Shown here piece by piece: positions 1 through 8,527 of a DNA stretch of 64,000 bases. The stretch's first letter is position 1. Every line of letters begins with the position of its first letter. This stretch comes from Octopus sinensis (Eukaryota), in the NCBI RefSeq assembly GCF_006345805.1, contig NC_043015.1:45880001-45944000 (forward strand), read 5' to 3'. A program made the translations under genes and the position numbers. The notes under the pieces are model-generated. The model ran no database searches. It had not been told where the DNA came from and saw nothing but the letters and a program-made list of their open reading frames with translations.

Positions 1-132
1 ATCCACTCACAAGGCATTGGTCGGCCCGGGGCTATAGCAGAAGACACTTGCCCAAGATGCCACGCAGTGGGACTGAACCCGGAAGCATGTGGTTGGTTAG
101 CAAGCTACTTACCACACAGCCACTCCTGCGCC
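1..132 (-). mobile_element. tRNA-derived SINE family A (head, window-truncated)
   Basis: Reverse complement of ggcgcaggagtggctgtgtggtaagtagc...gggttcagtccc...ttgggcaagtgtctt. Confidence 0.9.
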
Positions 133-319
133 TATATTTGCGTAATAATTTCGTTATACTTCCATAATAAACAAATTATTTTAATACTACATTTTTATAC
201 AGTTCCTAATATTTAATTATAAAAATATAATAAGATTTTGAAAATATTGAATAGTATGACGGTCCAATAGAACAAAATGGGTATCTTAGGGATCCATAGG
301 CAAAAATAGTTAATAAATA

Positions 320-496
320 GGCGCAGGGGTGGCTGTGTGGTAAGTAGCTTGCTTACAAACCACAAGGTTCTGGATTCAGTCCCACTGCATGGCACCTTGG
401 ACAAGTGTCTTCTACTATAGCCTCGGGCCGACCAAAGCCTTGTGAGAGGATTCGGTAGACGGAAACTGAAAGAAGCCCGTCGTAAATATGTATATA

Positions 497-536
<40 letters not shown>

Positions 537-776
537 CGTGTGTGTGTGTATGTAAGTGTGTATATGTTTGTGTGTCTGTGTTTGTTCCCCCAGCATCACT
601 TGACAACCGATGCTGGTGTGTTTACGTCCCCGTAACTTAGCGGTTCGGCAAAAGAGACACCGATAGAATAAGTACTAAGCTTACAAAGAATAAGTCCTGG
701 GGGTGGGATTTGTTCGACTAAAGGCGGTGCTGCAGCATGGCCGCAGTCAAATGACTGAAACGAGTAAAAGAGTAAA
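320..776 (+). mobile_element. SINE family A, full length, with internal (TA)n(TG)n
   Basis: Head, internal microsatellite, 3' body ending gcagtcaaatgactgaaac(a/g)agtaaaagag. Confidence 0.9.
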
Positions 777-1142
777 CATGGTGTCGTAAACAGAAAAGTT
801 GATCACAGCAGAATTTGAACCCAGAACTCCGAGAGAGAGAACAAACACTGCGGCACGTTTGTCCTGCAGTCCGCCGATTCTTTGAATCGATCACCAACAC
901 CACTCACTTTGTTACACCTTACTTCAGGCTAAACTAAAGGCCAAATGTGAATTTTTCAAAATGTTTACAATAGAATTTCAAGTAGTGGGAGTTTTATGGC
1001 TCTCTGCCAAATTTTTAAAATATAAATACTTTCAGTTTGTGAAAGCTTGTTTTTGCTTTTCTAAAGAAACGTAGAAATAAACGTACACAAACATACACAT
1101 ACACACTCGCATCACATATGCATATGTAAATATCTACACATC

Positions 1143-1195
<53 letters not shown>

Positions 1196-1521
1196 GCAAG
1201 CATGTACGTAAGTATGTATGTATATATATAGGGAGAGTTTACGAAAAAAAAACGAAAGACGAAGACAGGTGGTGTACAAAACAAACAGATGTATTAGTAT
1301 AACGCTCAGGAATAGAAAAAGTCCTTTACGTTTCGAGCCTACGCTCTTCTACAGAAAGGGAAACAGAAAAAACAAGGAGAGAAAAAAATGTGTGTAGTGA
1401 CTAACGATCTATCATGGCGACTAGTGCCGGACAGAAGGGTCAAACACGAGGAGGAAAGTAGGGGAGATAACAAGGTAAAGATGACCCCCAACACAAAGGT
1501 GCGTGAGTATATATATATATA

Positions 1522-1561
<40 letters not shown>

Positions 1562-1732
1562 ATGCGTACATGACGGTCGTGCTCCAGTATTACCGCAGTT
1601 GCATGGTTGAAACGAATAAAAGAATATACATACACAAACGTGTCTGTGTGTGGTGTAAAGATACGATATAAGGATCAAAGTGTAGAAAGTTAGTGAGCTT
1701 CGAGCAGTCCTTAGAAGGTATTTTTTTTAAAT

Positions 1733-2101
1733 ACTTTTATTTGTTTCAGTCATTAGACTGCGGCCATGCTGGAGCACCACCTTTAGTCGAACAAATCGAA
1801 CCCAGGACTTATTCTTTGTAAACCTAGTACCGACTTTATCGGATCTGTTATGCCGAAATGATAAGTTATGGGGTCGTAAATACACTAACATTGGTTGTCA
1901 AGCGATGGTGGAGGGTACAAAGACAGACACACAAACACACACACACAACAAACTCCGTTCAGTTTCCGTCTACCAAATCCACTCACAAGGCTTTGGTTGA
2001 CCCGAGGCTACAGTAGAAGACACTTGCCCAAGGTGCCACGCAGTGGGACTGAACCTGGAACCATGTGGTCGGGAAGCAAGCTTCTTACCACACAACCACA
2101 T
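1733..2101 (-). mobile_element. SINE family A
   Basis: Reverse-complement alignment to 320-776. Confidence 0.88.
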
Positions 2102-2115
2102 GTATACATATTAAG

Positions 2116-2147
<32 letters not shown>

Positions 2148-2357
2148 AATGCTCGAAATACGAGACTAGATAACAGCCAACAACTGATGAAGGGTCGTTC
2201 TTTATGTTGCTTGTTTTGTTCTCCATTTGTGTCTTTCGTTGTTCGAAAGAATAGTTCATGTTCCATGTCCTCGTGTTTCGTATTCTTTGTTTTTCGTTGT
2301 ACACGTTTCGTGACGTCCTGTGCCCACATGCGCATATAAATATACGTATAGATGTAA

Positions 2358-2404
<47 letters not shown>

Positions 2405-2699
2405 TAATCCAAACGGGAAAACAGAAAAAACAACAACACGTGGAACAATTACAGTATTATTAATATTATTAGGCGCTCAGGAAAATGGAAGAAGGAGGGT
2501 ATGACGTTTCGAGCGGAGCTCTTCGTCGGAAACATAGGAGAAAGAAAGATCCCGAGACGGGAGGACAGAGGAAAAAAAATTGCAGGTAGTCTTCACGAGG
2601 TCACATACTGAAAAGACGGAAGTGGTAAAAAAGGAGGAAAATGTTTTTTAAAAACAGGATGCATATATATGTGTGTGTGTCCATCGCAGCGTTATTCAA

Positions 2700-2895
2700 G
2701 AAACAGGAAGAGGGAGTGAGAGAAAGTTGGGGCGAAAAAGTACAACAGGGGTCGCCACCACCTCCTGCCGGAGCCTTGTGGAGCTTTAAGTTTTTTTTTC
2801 GCTCAATAATTACACACAACGTCCGGTCTGGGAATCGAAACTGTGATCCTCCGACCGCGAGTCCGCTGCCCAAACCACTGGGCCATTGCACCTCC
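2700..2895 (-). mobile_element. SINE family C, 5' half
   Basis: Aligns to 6110-6303. Confidence 0.85.
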
Positions 2896-3322
2896 ACTAT
2901 AATTAAAATTAATTGGAAAGAAACACAGAGCACCTCAAAAGAAATATGGTAACAAAAGGGTTAATGTCCACTTGTCCATCTGCGCATGGGTCAGATGGAA
3001 TTTATTGCGGTAGATGTTTTTACAGCTGGATGCCCTTCCTGTCACCAACCCTCACTTATTTCCAAGCAAGGTAACATTTCCCCATGACCCGATCCTCCGA
3101 CCGCGAGTGCGCTGCCCTAACCACTGGGCCATTGCGCCTCCACAGAACCAATGATATTGATTTTGGCACAAGGACAGCAAGTTCTGGGGAGAGATTAAGT
3201 CGATTACATCGAACTCAGTACTCAACTGGTACTTATTTGAACTTAGAACGCAAAGACGGACGAAATGCCGCTAAGTATTTTGCCCGACGTCCTAACGATT
3301 CTATCAGCTTGGCACCTTACTG

Positions 3323-3755
3323 GGATCCTTTCCGTTTGAACGGCAGTTTTTTTTAAATAATTTCCACGTAACTAAAAAATGTTAAACTTCGTATGCTGGT
3401 AGAATGTGTTTATAAAACATTTTTTTCTCTTGGCTTTATTGAGAAAAATTCTATAGTTTGTAAGATATTTGTTGTTTTTTTTTCTTCAATTTCTGCAATT
3501 TCAACCAATCAATGATGTCTATTGAGGTAAAAAAAAAACATTCTGTGCCGTAGGAATATGTTCCTCGTTTAAGAAACAGATTGGGTTTATTTACATTTGT
3601 GAAGAAAACAAGATACCCTAACCCTAACTCTAACCCTAACTAACCATAACCCTAAAACAGATTGAAATGCAATAGATCGATACTAGGGTCATAATTATGG
3701 GTGACAATTTCATATGACACCGCTAGAAAAACTGCCGTTCAAACCGAAAAGATCC
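3323..3755 (+). mobile_element. Non-autonomous DNA transposon (MITE), GGATC-terminal TIR, 8-bp TSD (Merlin-like)
   Basis: TIR GGATCyTTTCsGTTTGAACGGCAGTTTTT at both ends; TSD CCTTACTG at 3315-3322 and 3756-3763. Confidence 0.9.
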
Positions 3756-3909
3756 CCTTACTGGAATCAATGAGATTGGTTAACCTTAACCCCTCCAAAA
3801 TATTGCTGGTCTTTTGCTTTAATAAGAAGCAACTATTTATATTTCCTATGGACGTAATCCATATTCATCAGATTTTCCAGGGGGTGGTTTTCTGAACAGA
3901 ATAGAACAG

Positions 3910-3985
3910 ACGTCGGCGTTGCAACTGTGAAATATTGTAGTTGCCTTCCGTACAATCGATCCAGCTTCGACTGCCGACCTACGCA
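3910..3985 (+). pseudogene. tRNA-Gly pseudogene (TCC), highly degenerate
   Basis: cgtcgg...ttgccttccg...gatccagcttcgactgccgacctacgca. Confidence 0.7.
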
Positions 3986-4099
3986 ATCGAATTATAAAGA
4001 GCTCGTCTTATTTTTAGAATTGGTGCTTAATTTATTACCATTATGTAGTTTCCAACAATTTTTATTTTTTCTTTCAAAAGAGAAAACCTCACAATACCG

Positions 4100-4176
4100 G
4101 TTTCGGTATTTTAGCCGTTTAGTAGAGTCATCTTCTAAGCAGTCAATCCGGCTTCGATTCCCGGCTGACCGTCGTA
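4100..4176 (+). pseudogene. tRNA-Gly pseudogene (anticodon TCT)
   Basis: cttctaagcagtcaatccggcttcgattcccggctgac; 5' half degenerate. Confidence 0.75.
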
Positions 4177-4259
4177 GTCGCTTCAAAATAGAACATTTTT
4201 ATTTTTATCTCAGTGTTTTCCGGAAATATACTTCTGAACACAAACGCGAGAACAGTCAG

Positions 4260-4331
4260 GCGTCGGTGGTGTATCGGTCAGCATGGTTGCTTTCCAAGCA
4301 GTCGACCCAGGCTCGACTTCCGGCCGACGCA
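4260..4331 (+). pseudogene. tRNA-Gly (TCC) probable pseudogene
   Basis: 72 nt with perfect acceptor stem, but C54, T61 and an A51-C63 mismatch damage the T arm and B box. Confidence 0.8.
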
Positions 4332-4420
4332 GTCGCTTCAAAAGCATGAAATATATTGTTATTTGTTTTATTTCAGTATTTTCCAGAAATATACTTCTGA
4401 GCAGAAGAGAAGGAACGGCT

Positions 4421-4492
4421 AAGTCCGTGGTGTCACAGTCAGCAAAATTGCCTTCAAAGCAGATGATACGCGTTCGACCACCGACTGACGTA
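4421..4492 (+). pseudogene. tRNA-Gly pseudogene (anticodon TCA)
   Basis: Loop cttcaaa; acceptor and T stems broken. Confidence 0.75.
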
Positions 4493-4578
4493 GTTGCTTT
4501 GTAAGAATAGAACATTTATTTTTATCGGTGTTTTCAGAAATGTACTAGGCTTACAAACTGAGGAAGAAAAAAAACCAT

Positions 4579-4626
4579 GCGTCGGTGGTGTAACGGTCGA
4601 TCCAGGTTCGAATCTCGGTCGAAGCA
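4579..4626 (+). pseudogene. tRNA-Gly pseudogene with a 24-nt deletion removing the anticodon arm
   Basis: GCGTCGGTGGTGTAACG-GTC-GATCCAGGTTCGAATCTCGGTCGAAGCA (48 nt); deletion between two GTC repeats. Confidence 0.85.
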
Positions 4627-4710
4627 AACACCTGGAAAGTAGAGAATTTTTATTTTTCATTCAGTGGTTTCCAGGAATATACCTCTAAACACAAAGCGAG
4701 ATCTAGACAG

Positions 4711-4783
4711 TCGTCGATGGTGTAACGTTTAACATGAGTACCTTCTAAGCAGTTGGTCCGCGTTCAACTCCCGGCCCCCAGCA
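4711..4783 (+). pseudogene. tRNA-Gly pseudogene (TCT)
   Basis: gatggtgtaacg...cttctaagcagt...ttcaactcccggcc. Confidence 0.78.
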
Positions 4784-4959
4784 AGATTTTCGAAAGAGCG
4801 AACTTTCACTTTTCTTGAATGTCAGTATTTTTCAAAAATATGCTACTCGGTCCAAAGTTCCAATCTATCGTTGCTTTCCTAGAGTGGAATTTTTTTTTTG
4901 TTTTTCAAGTCAGTATTTTCCCCGAATATACTTCTGAACTGTGGACGAAGCACATCCAG

Positions 4960-5031
4960 GCGTCGGTGGTATAACAGTCAGCATGGTTACATTCCAAAGA
5001 GTCGATTCGGGTTCAACTCACATCCGACGCA
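4960..5031 (+). pseudogene. tRNA-Gly pseudogene (TCC)
   Basis: 72 nt, acceptor stem intact, anticodon and T stems broken. Confidence 0.82.
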
Positions 5032-5178
5032 GTCGTTCAAAAAATGGTGTTATTGTTTTTGTCTCAGCGTTTTCAATAATTATACAACTGAATACAAAGG
5101 GGAAAACTGTCAAACATTAGTGATGTAACGGTTGGCATCGTTATAAATACTTCACAAGAGACAGACACGAGCAAGCAG

Positions 5179-5250
5179 GCGTCGGTGGTGTAACGGTTAG
5201 CATGGTTGCCTTCCAAGCAGTCGATCCGGGTTCGACTCCCGGCTGACGCA
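5179..5250 (+). tRNA. tRNA-Gly (TCC), intact
   Basis: GCGTCGG TG GTGT AACGGTTA GCAT G GTTGC CTTCCAA GCAGT CGAT CCGGG TTCGACT CCCGG CTGACGC A. Full cloverleaf, A and B boxes, very close to metazoan Gly-TCC. T5 at 5271-5275 and TATAAA at 5142-5147. Confidence 0.92.
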
Positions 5251-5270
5251 CTCCGTTATAGAGGTATTAC

Positions 5271-5275
5271 TTTTT
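5271..5275 (+). terminator. Pol III terminator (T5) of the tRNA at 5179
   Basis: TTTTT 20 nt after the discriminator base. Confidence 0.6.
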
Positions 5276-5453
5276 ATTTTTATTTCAGCGCTTTCTAGCT
5301 TATCAGATTTGGTTTCCTCCTAGATGGAGAAAACAATTAGACAATTGAGACTAATGTTGAAATTGGAGCAATGTATTGCTAAGATAGAAAGAATCATGCC
5401 TCTCCCAAAATATTTATGATGGCAGCTTTCAACACAAACTTGGAAAAGGTCAG

Positions 5454-5523
5454 GCGTCGGTGGTGTAACTGTCAGCATAGCTACCTTCGAAGCAGTCGAT
5501 CCGGTCGGCTACCGGCCGACACA
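5454..5523 (+). pseudogene. tRNA-Gly pseudogene (TCG)
   Basis: Loop cttcgaa; B box destroyed (ccggtcggctaccgg). Confidence 0.8.
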
Positions 5524-5607
5524 ATCACATGAAAATTGAATAATTTTAGTTTAAATTCAGTACTTTCAAGAAATAAACTTCTCAATGCAAGGCTAGGCAC
5601 AAACAGG

Positions 5608-5679
5608 TGGCCGGTATTGTAACGGTCAGCATGGCTACCTTCCAAGCAGTCGATCCAGGTTCGAATCCCGGTCGACACA
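5608..5679 (+). pseudogene. tRNA-Gly pseudogene (TCC)
   Basis: B box GGTTCGAATCC intact, acceptor stem broken. Confidence 0.8.
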
Positions 5680-5758
5680 GTCACTTGGAAAAGAAATATT
5701 TTTTTATTTACGTGTTTTCAAGAACTCTACTTCTCAGCATAAAGTAGCCCACAGACAA

Positions 5759-5830
5759 GCATCGGTGGTATAACGGCCAGCGAGGTCGCCTTCTAAGCAG
5801 TCGATCCTGGTTCGATTTTCAGCTGATGCA
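5759..5830 (+). pseudogene. tRNA-Gly pseudogene (TCT)
   Basis: Acceptor stem pairs (A3-T70), T stem CCTGG/TTCAG broken. Confidence 0.8.
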
Positions 5831-5911
5831 GTCACTTGAAAAAGGAATATTTTTATTTCAGGGCTTTTTAGCTTAACATATTCTGGCTTTACGAGGTTAC
5901 CGAGAAGGAGT

Positions 5912-6306
5912 GGAATGGAATGGAAGCACTCCGTCGGTTACGACGACGAGGGTTCCGGTTGATCCGAATCAACGGAACAGCCTGCTCGTGAAATTAACGT
6001 GTAAGTGGCTGAGCACTCCACAGACACGTGTACCCTTAACGTAGTTCTCGGGGATATTCAGCGTGACACAGAGAGTGACAAGGCCGGCCCTTTGAAAATA
6101 CAGGTACAACAGAAACAGGAAGTAAGAGTGAGAGAAAGTTGTGGTGAAAGAGTACAGCAGGGATCACCACCATCCCCTGCCGGAGCCTCGTGGAACTTTA
6201 GGTGTTTTCGCTCAATAAACACTCACAACGCCCGGTCTGAGAATCGAAGCCGCGATCCTATGACCGCGAGTCCGCTGTCCTAACCACTGGGCCATTGCGC
6301 CTCCCC
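5912..6306 (-). mobile_element. Full-length tRNA-Arg-like SINE (family C) with TSD and (TTCCA)n tail
   Basis: Head GGAGGCGCAATGGCCCAGTGGTTAGG...CTTCGATTCTC with A/B boxes; TSD ACCGAGAAGGAGT at 5899-5911 and 6307-6319. Confidence 0.92.
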
Positions 6307-6436
6307 ACCGAGAAGGAGTATACTATAAGACAACAGAGACTGATGCAACATATTATTCAAATAGAGAGATTTGATTTAGTTTTAATTCAGTACTTTCAAG
6401 GAATATACTTCTCAATACAAGGCTGGGCACAGCTAG

Positions 6437-6508
6437 GCGTTTGTGTTGTAACGGTCAGCATGGTTGCTTTCCATGCATCCCACTTAGGCTCGACTCCCGG
6501 CCAAAGTA
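6437..6508 (+). pseudogene. tRNA-Gly pseudogene (TCC)
   Basis: gtaacggtcagcatggttgctttccatgca...ctcgactcccggcc. Confidence 0.78.
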
Positions 6509-6590
6509 GTTGCAGCGGACGTGGAGTTTTTATTTTTATCTCAGTGTTTTCCTGGAATATACTTCTGAACGCAAAGGTGAGAATTGTACA

Positions 6591-6662
6591 GCGCCGGTCA
6601 TGTAACGGTCAGCATGATGGCCTTCCAAACTGCCCATCGAGATTCGACCTACGTCCGACACT
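6591..6662 (+). pseudogene. tRNA-Gly pseudogene (TCC)
   Basis: tgtaacggtcagcatg...ccttccaa...ttcgacc; stems broken. Confidence 0.75.
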
Positions 6663-6750
6663 GTTGGGGGTGAAGGGTAGCATTTAGATTTTTTTCATCT
6701 CCATGGTTTTCCAGCAAAATACTTCTGAAAGCAAAAGTTGAAATAGCCAG

Positions 6751-6820
6751 GTGTGAATGGTGTAAGGGTCAGTAAGGGTCTTCTATGCAGTCGACCCGGG
6801 TTCGACTCCCAGCGGGCGCA
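6751..6820 (+). pseudogene. tRNA-Gly pseudogene (TCT)
   Basis: 3' half gcagtcgacccgggttcgactcccagc conserved; 2-nt deletion in the anticodon stem. Confidence 0.78.
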
Positions 6821-6904
6821 GTTATTTGAAATATGGAGTGTTTTCATTTTTATTTTAGTGCTTCCAAGAAATATACTTCTTAAAAGAAATCTCGGACTAA
6901 CCGG

Positions 6905-6976
6905 GCATCGGTGGTGTAACTGTCAGTATGTTTACCTTGCAAGCAGTCGATCCGGGTTCGATTCCCAGCCGACGCA
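6905..6976 (+). pseudogene. tRNA-Gly pseudogene (anticodon TGC)
   Basis: 72 nt, loop cttgcaa; mismatches A3-C70, A30-C40, C50-A64. Confidence 0.82.
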
Positions 6977-7091
6977 ACAAAAGTGTGTAATTCCCAATGA
7001 GAAGTTTTTTTGTTTTTTTTTTTGTTAATTATTATTTCATGTCAGTATTTTCCAGAAATACACTTCTGAATGGTAGAGAAAGTACAGCCAA

Positions 7092-7162
7092 GTGTCGGTG
7101 GTATAACAGGCAGCATGGAATACCTTTCAAACAGCCGATCGGGTCAACTCCCGGCGGACACG
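7092..7162 (+). pseudogene. tRNA-Gly pseudogene (TTC)
   Basis: gtgtcggtggtataac...cctttcaa...caactcccggc. Confidence 0.75.
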
Positions 7163-7250
7163 GGCACATAAAAAAAAAATTGTGTTTTTTATTTTTATCG
7201 TAGTATTTTCAAGGCGTATACTTCCGAACACAATCGGAAGAATAGGCAAA

Positions 7251-7322
7251 GCATTGGTAGTGTAACGTTCTGTATGGTTGCCTTCAAAGCCATAGATCGG
7301 GGTTCGACACCCGGCCAACGGG
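7251..7322 (+). pseudogene. tRNA-Gly pseudogene (anticodon TCA)
   Basis: 72 nt, loop cttcaaa; G1-G72, A3-C70 and G50-G64 mismatches; G18G19 lost. Confidence 0.8.
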
Positions 7323-7406
7323 TTTGTAACAGAACGGTGATATTTTTATTTTTATCTCACTCTTCTCTAGGGATATACTTTTAGACACAAAGCTAGAAGC
7401 TTCCAG

Positions 7407-7478
7407 CCATCGGTAATGTAACGATCGCCATGGTTGCCTTCTCAGCAATCGATCTACGATTGACTCCCGGCTGACGCA
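7407..7478 (+). pseudogene. tRNA-Gly pseudogene (TCT)
   Basis: catggttgccttctcagcaatcgatc...actcccggctgacgca. Confidence 0.78.
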
Positions 7479-7550
7479 GTCAGATAGTGCTCTCTATTTT
7501 TAACTGTTTTAAAGAAACTTACTTCTCCACACAAAGTGAAAAGCAGCAAG

Positions 7551-7622
7551 GCGTCGGTGGTGTAACGGTCAGCATGGTTGCCTTCCAAGCAGTCGAGCCG
7601 GGTTCGACTCCCGGCCGACGCA
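7551..7622 (+). tRNA. tRNA-Gly (TCC), intact or nearly so
   Basis: GCGTCGG...CTTCCAA...CCGGG TTCGACT CCCGG CCGACGC A, with perfect acceptor and T stems. Position 48 is G (atypical). T12 run at 7639-7650. Confidence 0.88.
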
Positions 7623-7638
7623 GTCGCTTAAAGAAATG

Positions 7639-7650
7639 TTTTTTTTTTTT
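7639..7650 (+). terminator. Pol III terminator (T12) of the tRNA at 7551
   Basis: T12 16 nt after the discriminator base. Confidence 0.65.
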
Positions 7651-7710
7651 AATTTTTATCTCAGTATTTTCCAGAAATATACGCTTTAACACAAAATTTT
7701 CGGTAGCCAG

Positions 7711-7782
7711 GTACCCATGGTTTAACGATCGGCATGATTGCTTCCCAAGTAATCGATTCGGTTTCGGTTTCCGGGTGACGCA
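7711..7782 (+). pseudogene. tRNA-Gly pseudogene (loop ttcccaa)
   Basis: 72-nt degenerate copy in array register. Confidence 0.7.
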
Positions 7783-7869
7783 GTTTCTTCGAAAGAATGG
7801 AAATTTTTTTTTTTTTTCCTCAATGTTTTCCAGAAATAATGTTTTGAACGAAAACGCTGGTGCAACAGA

Positions 7870-8369
7870 GCGTCGATGGTCGGATATTCGCCATGATTAC
7901 CTTCCAAGCAGTCGATCCGGATCTTTTCGGTTTGAACGGCAGTTTTTTCTAGCGGTGTCATATAAAATTGTCACCCATAATTATGACCCTAGTATCAATC
8001 TATTGCATTTCAATCTGTTTTAGGGTTAGGGTTAGGGGTGCGGGGAAGGGTATCTTTTTTTCTTCAGAAATGTAAATAAACCCAATCTGTTTCTTAAACG
8101 AGGGACATATTCATACGGCAAGAATGTTTTTTTTACCTCAATAGACGTCATTGATCGGTTGAAATTGCAGAATTTGAAGAAAAAGAACAACAAATATCTT
8201 ACAAAATATAGAATTTTCTCAATAAAGCCAAGAGAAAAAGATGTTTTATAAACACATTCTACCAGTATACGAAGTTTAAAAGTGTTTAGTTACGTGGAAA
8301 TTATTTTTAAAAAACTGCCGTTCAAACCGAAAAGATCCGTCGATCCGAGTTCGACTACCAGCCGACGCA
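7870..8369 (+). pseudogene. tRNA-Gly pseudogene split by a MITE insertion
   Basis: 5' part 7870-7918 (…cttccaagcagtcgatcc); 3' part 8339-8369 (gtcgatccgagttcgactaccagccgacgca). Confidence 0.88.
7919..8338 (-). mobile_element. Same MITE, opposite orientation, inserted in a tRNA copy
   Basis: Perfect terminal TIRs; TSD GTCGATCC at 7911-7918 and 8339-8346. Confidence 0.93.
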
Positions 8370-8455
8370 GTTGTTTCGAAAGAATGCAATTTTTATATTT
8401 ACCTCGTGTGTTTTCCAGAAACAGAGCTTTGGACAAAAAAGCTTAGAGCAGTGGA

Positions 8456-8527
8456 GCGTCAGAAGTGTCATGGTTACTACGATTTCCTTCTAAGCAGCCG
8501 ATCCGGTCTGGAAACCCGGCTGACGCA
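8456..8527 (+). pseudogene. tRNA-Gly pseudogene (TCT)
   Basis: gcgtcag...cttctaagcagccgatccgg...cccggctgacgca. Confidence 0.75.

Noticed and set aside
2140-2200. GAAA...CTGATGA permuted (type II) hammerhead in the 2140/14810/24190 family
   Set aside because: Helix I cannot be formed in any of the three copies.
7251-7322. TCA-anticodon copies (also 4421-4492) as selenocysteine or opal-suppressor tRNA
   Set aside because: 72-nt Gly body with no long variable arm; acceptor, anticodon and T stems are mismatched and G18G19 is lost.
7911-8346. tRNA-specific (Dada-like) targeting by the MITE
   Set aside because: The other copies have unrelated TSDs outside tRNAs.
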